A stretch of DNA of 64,000 bases from assembly GCA_033442325.1 (NCBI GenBank), contig JAWQFM010000029.1, positions 338,966 through 402,965 of the forward strand. The letters run 5' to 3'. The notes beneath the pieces were generated by a model that saw nothing but the letters and a program-made list of their open reading frames with translations, had not been told where the DNA came from and searched no databases. The DNA is from Salpingoeca rosetta. Its lineage: Eukaryota; Protista; Choanoflagellata. The first letter of the stretch is position 1. Each line of letters opens with the position of its first letter. Positions 17,388 to 29,557 of this stretch are shown piece by piece. A program made the translations under genes and the position numbers.

Positions 17388-17420
<33 letters not shown>

Positions 17421-19212
17421 CCTTGAGGTCTGCTGCGCTGCACTGCTGCAGGTCCTCAAGCGACATGCCCTCGTCCTCAAACACGCGCGCAAACTCCTGC
17501 ATATCCAGCGTTGCCAGGAACAGCCGCAACGCTTCGCCGTCGTCCTTGTCTGCGCCAAGCTGTGCCAGAAGCATGCCCGTATCGCTACGCCGGGACCGCA
17601 CATCACCACCGCCATCTGTGGACTGCGAGTGCGCCGACGTCATAGACGTGCGAGACGCGCCCTGGTGGTGGTGGTGGTCGTCGTGAGTAAAGGGAAAAAC
17701 AGGGGATGGGGGAGGAAGGGCGTGCACATGGGGGGTCAGGTGCTCACATGCACAAGTGTGAACGTACACCTACACATCCACCATCCACCATCCATCATAC
17801 AAACACCATCACATGTCCACCATCCCAAGGTGTCCGTACCCTGTCGCGCATGCCAGTGCCGGTGCTGCCGTTGTCCGTTGAGGATGTGCGGCGGCGCTGG
17901 GGGCGGGCTGGCGATGAGGTTGAGGCGGGGGCGCCAGACATCCCCGCAAGCTGTTGGTGGTAGGGGTGGGGAGGGGGTGTAGTGTGTGTTTTTGGGGATG
18001 GTGCGTCGTAATGAGATGCAACACACAATCAAAGACATACACACACACGCATGCACACGCACACACACACACACACACACACATACGCACACACACATAC
18101 GCACACACACACACACATACGCACACACACATATGCGCACACACACACAATCCACCACAACGACACCTGCGAGAATGATGTTGGGGCGGCCCCCTTCTCG
18201 ACGGGTCCTGCCTCGGGTACATCACCGCCTTTGGACTTCTTTCTCTTCTTCGCTTTGAGCGTCTTCTTTGCCTGCTTGCGCGCCTCCTTCTCCAGCTCAG
18301 CCACCGTCTTCTTGGCCTCCTGTATGAGGGGGGATGTGGCGTATAATGGTCGGTGGACATTGCGGTAGATTTGGTAGTGTGCAGGGGTGTGCGTGTATGT
18401 GTGTTTTGATGTGCTGAACAACAAAGCATGTACATCACACACACGCACACTCACTCACACGCACACGCACACACACATGCACTCACACACACACATGCAC
18501 GCACGCACACACGCACACCCACTCATTACTCACACACAACACACACACCACACATCCACCACACGGCACCTTGTGGCCCTTTGCGTATTCGCTGCGTGCG
18601 GCCTTTGCCTTCTCCTTTGCCTCTGCCAGCGCCTTCTCCATTCGCTGCATCACTTTGTCCGCCTTGTGGTCTTCCTCTGGGCACGTGGAGCAAGTGGTGG
18701 TGGTGTGGTGAGAGGGTGGTGTACAGGTGATTGGGGGGGGGGGTGTGGAGTAGTTTGGTGATGGGAATGGAATAAGAGTGAGGAGGGGGATGGGTGATGA
18801 ATGGGGTTAGCTTGGGGTAGGAAGCTGGATGCAGGTCTTTAGGTCAGCAGTTGGCGCATGATAGAGAGCACACATGAAAAGCAGTACAGCACCAGCACAG
18901 CATGACCACAGCAATACCACACACAACGCAGCAGCCCAACAGCCCAACAAATACAACAAAGAGAGCAACAACACTGCACGTGCTAGAGATGTCAGCGCTC
19001 TGAGTCTCACCGGCCAGCTTGAGGAATTTCGCCACGAGCTCATGCCCCTCCTCCACAGCCACCTCACATGCTGTCTCGTTGTTGTTGTCGGTGATGGTTG
19101 CGTCTGCGCCTTGCTCCACCAGCAGCAGCGCTGTGTTCAGCTGCCCGTTGTATGCGGCTGCCAGTGGAACACGTGCGAGCACGTGTGTGTGTGTGTGTGT
19201 GCGTGTGTGTGC

Positions 19213-19252
<40 letters not shown>

Positions 19253-20052
19253 GTGTGTGTGTGTGTGCGTATGTGTGCAAGCCCACGTGTACGTGTCATG
19301 AAAAGTGTTGACAGGTTACAACGGCGCCGCGGTATAACAGCCCCCTTTCTCGCCCTTCACCCCCTCCTCCTGACCTGCGTGCAGTGCGGTCGCGCCATCG
19401 TAGTCATGCGCATCAATCTCTGCGCCTGCGCTCAGCAGAGCCTGACAAAGTTGAGGTGGTGTTGCGTCAGTAGCAAGCGTGGCATGAGGTGGCGCTGCGA
19501 TTGGTTGCTCTGCAAAGACAGAGACAGAGCGCGCGCACGCGCAGACACACATACACATACACACATACACACACATACGCATACACACACATGCACACAT
19601 ACACACATATGCACATACATGCACACATACACACACATACACACACATACACACACATACACACACATACAAATACACATACACATACACATACATACAC
19701 CTAACAACCCCTTTCGGCCCCAACAAAGCACACAAAGCACAACAAAACAACACACACGGCACAGTGCACTCACTTGGATGCATCCCGGGTGGCCATACCA
19801 CGCTGCGTAGTGCAGCGGCCGCATGCCGTCACCGTCCACAACACTGCGAAAGCACAACACACAACAGCCATCGGTCAGGCAAAACGCGCTGCCACACAGT
19901 GGCACATCATCACCACAAACACAAACAACCACCGCCACCACCAACCAAGAATCACCGCCCACTCACTTTGCGTCTGCAGACTTCAACGCCTGTGACAAGG
20001 TCTTTGTGTCGCCTTCCTTGGCCAAGATGTGCAATGCAGAAGCGTCACCCAT
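17191..20052 (-). CDS. Ankyrin repeat + basic coiled region + C-terminal SAM protein, SANS (USH1G)/ANKS4B-like
   Basis: ANK repeats DGDGMRPLHYAAWYGH, DYDGATALHA|AAYNGQ and DNNNETACEVA. A K/E-rich helix follows. C-terminal SAM LRLFLATLDMQEFARVFEDEGMSLEDLQQCSAADLK|KLGLPSGVRKKL resembles the SANS SAM as I recall it (LETFLASLHMEDF...CSDLDL...PLGPRKKI). Confidence 0.8.
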
Positions 20053-20188
20053 GGCTCTGCTCACGATGTCACGAACAAGCACAAGGAGAACAAGGTGGTG
20101 CTGCTGCTGGTGTGCTGGTGCTGTGTTGTGCTGTGTTGTTTGGTGTTGTGTTGTGCTTGTTTTGCTTCTTGCAGACAGCCGACACTGA

Positions 20189-20258
20189 TTTTACCACATG
20201 TCCAATGTTTTACCAACACCGCCTCCTATTTTACCACCTCGTCCCGGTGTGGTAAAAT
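20189..20258. promoter_or_regulatory. Phased TTTTACCA motif array in the divergent promoter between the SANS-like gene and OGT
   Basis: TTTTACCA at 20189, 20208 and 20229, and inverted TGGTAAAA at 20250. Regulatory function is inferred only from position. Confidence 0.35.
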
Positions 20259-20507
20259 TGGGTCAGTGGGCAGATCAGACACCCATTTTTCGATTGCCGA
20301 AAAGTTTGCGTCCACACGACAAAGTTTCGTAGAGAATCGCCCGGTTTTGCATGAGCAAGACGGAAAAAAAGAATAAATAATTTCGGCACATCAGGAGGCA
20401 GCGAGCGGCGCGGGGTTTTGTCAACCCAAACAACCCATCAAGACGCAGCAAAACCAGACGAAGGCGAAGGAAGGAAGGTGAAGGAAGAAACACACACACA
20501 CAAACGA

Positions 20508-20828
20508 ATGTCGTGTGTGTGTGTGTGAGATTGAGAGAGAGCGGCAACGTTGGTGACAGCTGAAGTTCGCACACACACAAACTCGGAAAGCGTGCAGACC
20601 CAGGCCGACCAACTTGCACGCCATTATCCACAGCACACGCTGCAGGTTGTTCCCCCCCCCTCCCACCCGTTACTGCGGACGACGGACTGTTTGGTTGAGA
20701 GCTGCAAGCACAACTGACGCCCCAACGTCTTCAAAGCCTTTGCAGGGTGTGCGCAACGACCTTGGTAACCTCCTCAAGTCACAGAACAGGAGAGCTGAGG
20801 CAAAAGCCTGCTACGAACGTAAGGCACA

Positions 20829-20911
<83 letters not shown>

Positions 20912-21266
20912 CGATCGTGGGCGTGTGCGTTGTATGTTGCTCTTTCGTCTGAGTTGCCAAACTACAGTCCCTCCCCGTCCCAACAACAAGCTCACTCCAC
21001 CACCATCACCGCCATCACCGCCATCACCACAGGGGCGCTGCAGCAGGACCCTGCGCTGGCTGTCGGGTGGAACAACCTCGGCTGCGTTGTGCTGGACGAT
21101 GGCAGCGTGCAGGAGGCCATCAACCACTTCTCCCGCGCCATCTACCACGATGAGCAGCTCGAGTGCGCATACTCGAACCTCGTCAACGTCATGGGCCCCG
21201 AGCTGGCTGCCGTCGCCCTCATCAACCTCGCAAACAGGATGCGCGATGAAGGTGTGCGTGCGCGCG

Positions 21267-21302
<36 letters not shown>

Positions 21303-22733
21303 ATGGGATGCAGAGGTGCTGAAACGTGCAACCATGGTTGCTTCACGTCACCCGCTTCACACATGACCGCATCTGCTCACCACCACCACCACCACCACCA
21401 GGCCGGGTGTTCCAGGCGCTGCAGGTGTACCGGCGGTCGCTGGCTGTGCACACGACGGCGCACGGCCACGCTGGTCTGGCCACTGTCTTCCATCGCACGC
21501 AGCAGCTGCGGGAGGCCGCCTTCCACTATGCCGAGGCCATCAAGCTCAACCCGCGCTTTGCAGAGTGCCACACCAACCTCGGACACGTCTACAGGTGTGG
21601 TGGCATGTGTGCGTGTGTGCGTGTGTGTGTGTGTGTGATGATCGTGTGTTTAAGGTGTGGGTCACGGCGCCGTTCTTCATCCTTTTTTTTTTTTTGCCCT
21701 GTCCTCAACCCTCACACGTTCCTCACCAATCATTCCCCACCAACCCTCGTCCGCCCCCCCCCCTCATACAGAGAGCTAGGGGACCTGAACCACGCGCGCC
21801 AGGCGTTTCTGAGCGCCGTCGCCGTCAATCCAAACTCCGCCGACGACTACAACAACCTCGCATGCGTCTGCAAGGATCTTGGTAAGTCGCGAGTATATGC
21901 AAGACAATGTGTGTGTGTGCGTGTGCGTGTGTGTTTGTGTGCGTGTGTGTGTGTGTGTGCTGCAGGTCCGCCCCCAACTCATCACATTCAACCACCACCA
22001 CCAATCATCTTCGCCACGTGCAGGCATCATTCACGAGGCAATTCGTTACTACAAGGCGTCGCTCAGCCTCAAATCCGACAACCCAACTGTCTTCTGCAAC
22101 CTCGCCCACTCGCTCCAAATGGTAGGCATGTGCGTCTGTGTGTCTGCGTGTCTGTGTGTCTGCGTTTGCTTTACTTGAACTTCCCTTTCTCTCTCTTTCT
22201 CTTTCTTTTCACCTCACCACCACATCACCCTCCCTCTCCCCCCCCCACCGCCATCTCCTCCTTCAACTCCAATGCAGGTGTGCGACTGGGGCGACTATGA
22301 GCACCGCATGCGCCAGCTCGTGTCCTTAATCAACCAGCAAATCACCAGCAACCTCTTCCCCTCGGTGCACCCGCACCACTCGTTCCTGTACCCGCTGCCT
22401 AACACGCTTCGTCGCTCCATTGCGCAAGCGCACGCCGACGCCGCGAAACGAAACGTGGCCATGCTCCAGCGGCCCCCATACTCCTTCAAGGACTACGTGC
22501 CCCTGAAAGGGCGGCTGCGTGTGGGCTTTGTGTCGTCGGACTTTAAAGACCACCCCACGTCGCACCTCATGCAGAGCGTGCCCGGATACCACGACAAGTC
22601 GCTGGTGGAGGTGTTCTGCTACTCGCTCGCCCCCGATGACGGCAGCGTGTACCGGCGCAAGATTGAGCGTGAGGTGGAGCACTTTGTCGACCTCAGCGTC
22701 ATCACAGACAACGGCCTCGCTGCAGGTGTGTGC

Positions 22734-22778
<45 letters not shown>

Positions 22779-23580
22779 TGTGTGTGTGGGTGAATGTGCG
22801 TGCGGATGTGTAGAGATGAAACGTTTGCTTGCCTGCACTGTTGCCTGTGAACTCCCCCCCCCCCTTGTTATCCTCTAATTCACCCTAATCCCGTGTGTTC
22901 TGCCGTCACCACTTCCTCCATCGCCACATCATCTCAACTTCATCTCCATTACCAGATCGCATCTACGCTGACCGCATCCACATCCTGATCAACCTCAACG
23001 GGTACACAAAGGGCGCGCGCACGGAGATTTTCGCCCTCCGCCCCGCCCCCATCCAGGCCATGTGGCTCGGTTATCCAGGCACTTCCGGCAGCGATTTCAT
23101 GGACTACATCATCACAGGTGCGAACTGTGTGTGTGTGTGACATTTGTGTTACGTTTGTGGTTCATGTGTGTGTGACACGTGTGCCACATGTGCGCCGCAT
23201 GTGCGTTTGTCTGTGCCTGCCCCCTTCCCCCCCCCTTCTGCACGTTACCCTTCCCCACAGCCTCCGCCTCTATTCTGCCCTCTCTCCCCTTCCTCACTCT
23301 GCATGTCCACCACCACCACCTTGGTCTCTGTCGTCGTCGTCGACTCAGACGCGCTGACAACGCCGCCTGAGCAGTGGCAGGACGCGTACTCGGAGCACCT
23401 CGTGTACATGCCGCACACGTTCTTTGTCGGCGACCACGCCAACATGTTCCCGCTGCCGCCAAACCACGACGTGCGCGACCCTGATGAGGAACGCCGTATC
23501 ACCTCTGCTGCCCTGCCGTACACGCAGGGGCTCTCCCAGGCAGACGCGCGCGCACACGCACAGCGCGTGAGCACCGCACT

Positions 23581-23619
<39 letters not shown>

Positions 23620-23885
23620 ACAGTTGGGTCATGTTGCGCAACCGCCCATTGATCAGTACCAGTCTGCGCAGACGGTGCATGGCAGCCACGTAGCTCACCA
23701 ACAGCAGCAGCAGATGGGCGATACAGTTACTGCCCCCATTTATGCGTCCACACTGGCACAGGTCCTCGCATCGAATCCGTTCAACATTCCATACGTCGGG
23801 GTGAGTACATGCGTGCTTTGTGTGTGTGGGTGTGTGTGGGTGGGTGGGTCTGTGGGTCTGTGGGTCTGTGGGTCTGTGTGGGTGC

Positions 23886-23951
<66 letters not shown>

Positions 23952-24309
23952 TTCGCGCGTGACGCTCCCTTGCTCCTCAAGAGTTGACCCACTCACACGC
24001 TCACACGCTCACTCACCATCGTCACCATCGTCACCCTCCCACCAAAGACCAACTATGTCATCCCCGGGGCGGCGCATGCGTTCCCGAGCGCGTACATCCC
24101 GAGTCTCCAGTATGTGTTGCCGCAGGGGCAGGTGCCTGCGCACCCCGTCATGCCCGCGTCTGCGTCACAGGCCAGGCTAAACGCGTTTATCATGCCCATG
24201 CAACACCTGATTGGGCACATGCAACAGCAACAACAACACCATCAACAACAGTCTGTGCTACAATCCCTGCAACAAGCAGCACCACAGCACCCCGCGTACC
24301 TGCCCATGC

Positions 24310-24350
<41 letters not shown>

Positions 24351-25075
24351 CCCGAACAGGTACGCGAATGATGGTGTTGCGTGTTATATGTGTGTATGTG
24401 CACGTTGTGTGGCGGTTTGGGCTGGCATTTGCGTCTGGTACTGACTCTCACACATGTTCTGCCGTATTTATATTCACATATCTGCCCCCCCCCACGACAC
24501 ACACCCACACACACCAATGCTTGGTTCCCTTCAGGCGGACCGCGATCTGACGCGGCTGCTGAACATGACACTGGACACAACCAAGGCGGCGGCGCAGGCG
24601 TCAGCAGCAGCAACAGCCGCGCAATCATCGGCAGAGCAAGCAGCCTCCACCTCCACCACCGCCCTCACATCATTATCAACATCTGCACCAGCATCGTCGA
24701 CATCATCGTCGTCGGTTATGGCGCGTGGTGCGCGTTCATCGCGTGGTCGCCGTGCAATGGCGCCGACAGCGGCAGCGGCGGCGGCAGTGAAGAAGAGGGA
24801 ATCGCCAACACGCGATGCGCTGGAGAGCATCGAGCGACCAGCCAACAAGAAGGCAGCATGCAGCCTCCAGAGCGACGACGATGATGGTGATGGCGATGGT
24901 AACTGTGGGGATGATGCGATTGTGCGGCGCGCTGCTGGTCTTGGCGTTGGTGTTGGCGCTGGTAAGGGCTCCACAAGTAACGGCGTGACTGGCAATGGTA
25001 CTCGCTCCAGCACTGAGGGCGTGCGTGGCCAGATTGGCACTGGCACGAACACAGCCTCCACGGCAGCCCACACGC

Positions 25076-25151
<76 letters not shown>

Positions 25152-25418
25152 GCTGCTGCTGCATCAGCAATATCATCAGCAGCATGCACCGCAACAGGCC
25201 GTCGTGTCACTTGAGGAGCAGCCGCACCACCCACGCTACGCTCACCCAATGCCCTCGCAGCCCTCGCACTCGCAAGCGGTCATGATGGGGTACGCCGCAC
25301 CCGCGCCAGCCATCGTCCACATGAAGCCAATCCCGGTACGTAACAGGAGGGCGGGGAGTGATTTGGGTGAAGTAACGGAGAGTGTGTCAGCGAGACGTGT
25401 GTGGGGGGGGGCAGAGAT

Positions 25419-25458
<40 letters not shown>

Positions 25459-25664
25459 ACTTCGGACACTCATGCTCACGTCGCGTCACTCTGGGCCGTT
25501 CCATGTTCTGTGTGATAGAAAACGCCATCGCATGCGCCCCTCCCGCCACCGGATCAGCCGAATCAGCCGCCACTCACGCGAGCGTATTACGGTCTTCCCC
25601 AAGACAAGATCATCCTCTGTAACTTCAACCAGGTACGTGCATGTGTGTGTTGTGTGTTGTGGGT

Positions 25665-25719
<55 letters not shown>

Positions 25720-27420
25720 TCAACATTGCATCGCTCCCACCTGATCTCTCCTTCTCTCTCACGCTCATTGTCTCGCATTTCTGCCATCACCTCATCCCTT
25801 CAACACCTGCCTCACCACCCACAACCCGCCAACCCGTGCCGTGTGACACAGCTGTACAAGATCGACCCGATGACGTTCTCGCTGTGGCTGGACATTCTCA
25901 AGGCGACGACCAACACAGTGCTGTGGATTCTTCGCTTCCCGCCTGCTGGCGAACAGAACCTGCGCATGCACGTGCAAGCCGCTGGCCTCGACCAGTCACG
26001 CGTCATCTTCAGCCCCGTCGCCGGCAAGGTGGGTTGTGTGTGTGTGTGTGTGTTTGCTTTGTTTGGATTATGTTCTGTTGATGTCTTGCACTCGGAAACG
26101 TGTGCACATGTGTGTGTGTGTCACGTGTGTCACGTGCATCACGATCGCTTTGTTGCGCTGTCTGTCTGCATTTGTTCCCACCGCCTTTGACTCACTTTGC
26201 TGCATCCGCCCCTCTCACCTCAGGTTGAGCACGTGCGTCGCGGTGCGCTGGCGGACCTGTGCCTGGACACGCACGCGTGCAATGGCCACACAACGGGCAT
26301 GGACATTCTGTGGGCCGGCACGCCCATGCTGACGCTGCCAGGTGACACGCTTGCATCACGCGTTGCGTCGTCGCTGGTCACCGCGCTCGGGTGCCCTGAA
26401 CTGATTGCGTCATCCCGCCAAGACTACTTCAACAAGGTCTGTGCACGTGTGTGTGCGTGTGTGCGTGTGTCTGTGTGTCTGTGAGTGTGCTGAATGTTGG
26501 GGGCACTTTGTGTCGCTTCTTGAATCGTTTCCTTGATTGTGATCATCGTCATGACGGCGCGCACTACCCCTCACGGCTCCTCAAACCCCCCCCCTCCCCC
26601 AACTGCTACTGCTCTTACCGCAGGCCGTTGATTTGTGCCGAAACCCACGCAAGCTCCTCGACATGCAGCACAAGGTGGGAAGCACCAACCACTCGCCACG
26701 GCATGCTGCTCAACTGCGCTCGCAGTACTTCCACGCGTCCACGCACACACACACACACACACTGACACTGTCTCACCAACTCACTCACTCACTCTCTCTC
26801 ACACTCACACACACTGACACTGTCTCACCAACTCACTCACTCACTCTCTCTCACACTCACACACACACACACACATCTCTCCTCTCCTCTCATCTCCCCT
26901 CGCGAACCACCAGGTCCGCCATGCGCGCACACGTGCGCCGCTGTTTGACACGCGGCTGCTGACGCGGCATTTGGAGCGGTCCTATTTCGCAATGTGGAAC
27001 AACTACGAGAAGCAGGGCACGCCCACGCACCTGTGCATCGAGCCCGTGGCAGAGTGCACCGTCCCGTGCTCCAGCCGCCCGGACACGCGCGCCCCCACAG
27101 TGGCAACGCCGCTGACATACCCGTCGCTGACCAAGACGATTGTCGGTGTCCCGCAAACCACTTCCGCGCCGCAGCCACAGCACCACCACCATCTCCACCA
27201 CCCACAGGCGGTCGTGCCATCAGCCGTGTCAGCCGTCCCGTCACTCCCGCCACCGCCACATGCACACGCGCACGCGCACGCGGGGATTGCAGCTGCACCG
27301 GCTGCCGCACACATGTCCATGATACCCATGCAGGCGCTGGTGCAATCGCAGCAACATCAGCAGCTTCAGCAACACCACCACCAACAGCAACAGCAGCAGC
27401 AACATCAGCAGCTTCAGCAA

Positions 27421-27452
<32 letters not shown>

Positions 27453-27810
27453 GATGATGGCGGCGGCCAACGCACAACAAGGCCACGTCACATTCCCCGC
27501 TGCCATGCACAGCCAACAGGCGCACCAGGCCCACATGCAGCACCAACAGATGCAAGCGCACCAACAGCAGCAGGCAGCCATGCACATGCAGGTGCCACAG
27601 CAGCAGCAATTAGGCACGCCGATGCAAGCACACCACCGCAGCCAACCGCAGCAGGTTCAGTACCACCAACTCGTTCAACCACAACAACAACAGCAGCAGC
27701 AGCAGCAGCAACACGCACACGCACACCAGCAACAACATGTGCAGCAACAGCCCTTGTCGATGCACTTTCCAGCCCTCTCAGCCATGGGCCACGTGAGCAT
27801 GGGCAGATGA
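20508..27810 (+). CDS. OGT: UDP-GlcNAc:peptide O-GlcNAc transferase (GT41, animal/SEC type) with shortened TPR array and polyQ insertions
   Basis: TPRs [10 protein letters not shown]..., WNNLGCV..., [13 protein letters not shown]. Catalytic region [85 protein letters not shown]|[34 protein letters not shown]. Start uncertain (nearest ATG 20508; first clear coding sequence from 20746). Confidence 0.96.
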
Positions 27811-28333
27811 TGGCGATGTGGACGGCTCAACTGTTGTGGTTGATGTGCGGTACATGTTTGCTTGTTTGTGTGCTTGCTTGCTGGCTTGTTTGCGTGCTTG
27901 CTTGCCGAAAAAACAGCCCTTCCTCCTCCCCCCCCCCCTTCCTTTGTTCTGTTCCACGTATCTGCTCTGGTTTCTTTTAATTGACTCTTTGCCTTTCGCC
28001 TTGACCGGTTCGTTTATTCTTCGCTCGTGCACGTCGTGTCACAACATCACGTCACTGCTGTCATCATCACCGCCTGTGTTTGGTTGTGTACATAACTGAC
28101 GACCCCAACTCAGCTGATGAAACCATGCATTACCCAGCCCGCACGTGCCAGTTACTGTTGCCGTGTGTTATCGCGTCGTCTGTTCTCTCCCTCCTGCATC
28201 TTCCCCTCCTTCTGCTTCCATGTGCACCACCCTTCCGTTGCCTTTGGCGTCACTGCTCGTCGGCTGGAGGTACCGCCGTCGATGAATGAATGAACGAACG
28301 AACGAACGAACGAATGCGTGTGGCCTAGAGCGA

Positions 28334-29210
28334 CTATGAAGACGAGGAGGCGGGCCGAGGTAGGCTTGGAAGGATGAAGTTGCCGTAGTACGAGGACACG
28401 TCGGTAAAGTGGCCGAGGCAAGTCGAGGCATGCTGCAAGAAAGCAAAGATGTGACAGGGAGAACGAGAAGCGGGAATGTTGATGTGTGATTGGAATGGCA
28501 GGGATGCAGATGTGTGAGTGGAAGTGCAAGGTTGGTCTCGCGGACAAACGTGCAATCAATCAGCAGGCATGCAACGGATGTGTACACTACAGGAACAACC
28601 ATCAAAGGAGACGCAAGAAACGGACCGCAGCAGCTTGGCGTCTGAGGTCCTCCAGCCGCTTCTTCTTCTCGTGCTGTTCTACCAAGGCATGGTGTGCAGG
28701 TCGGCGCACTGCCGTCTCTGCCTGCGTTTGTAGTTGTGGCTGTGCTTGCGGTTGCGCCTGTGACTGCTGTTGTCTGGGCGGTCTGTCGGCGGTCATGGAT
28801 AGAGGTGGTTGGTGTTGCTGAGATGGCGTCAAAACAGGCGGTCGGGTTGACAGCGGTGCCTGCGTCGCATGCGGTGCAACGTAATGTTGATGCTGGTGCT
28901 GATGCTGGTGCTGATAACGGTACGGCTGTGGCGGTATCGCGTCTTCTGACTCGGCACCGTGCGCCAGCGGTCGCTGCGGCCAGTCGCTGACGTGCCGTGG
29001 TTGTGGGTGCTGTTGGTGTGAAAATTGTGGAGCGCGTTGTGGCTGGTGTGGCGCGTGCTGTGGCTGGTGTGGCGCGTGCTGTGCATGTGGGAGTATCCCG
29101 CCTCGACCACGTCGGTGGCCATGTGCGTGGCCACGTCCACGGCCACGACCACGGAAACGGCGGCTGTGCCCACCACGACGTGCGTGGTGTTGGTGGGGAT
29201 GGTGGTTCAT
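28334..29210 (-). CDS. Hypothetical low-complexity protein (RG-, H-, Q-rich), two exons
   Basis: Exon 29210-28626 (MNHHPHQHHARRGGHSRRFRGRGRGRG...EKKKRLEDLRRQAAA), GT..AG intron, in-frame exon 28432-28334 (HASTCLGHFTDVSSYYGNFILP...). No recognisable domain. Confidence 0.5.
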
Positions 29211-29557
29211 CCGCTGCGTTTGTCGCGCTGTTGTTGCTGTTGGCGCTTGCCGGTTCGGTTGTAGAAAATTGGTGAATGTGGTGGCGATTTGTCCGTTTGT
29301 GGTGAAGGCGCGCAGCAGCACCGACGATATCGCTTGTTGTGCCAAGCCGCCTTCTTCTCGCTCTCCTCCCTACCCCCCGACGATCCCCTCCACTCCAGTC
29401 CCCCTCCTCTTCTCCTCTCCTTCTTTGTCCTCTCCTCTCCTTCTTTGTCCCCTCCTCTCCAGCTCTCCAGCTCCCTCCTCTCAAAGCCCGTTCTCTTCGA
29501 GGCTTTCCCCCTTTGCTGCGCACGAGCCCACGCACACTTAGACACTTCCACGCGATC

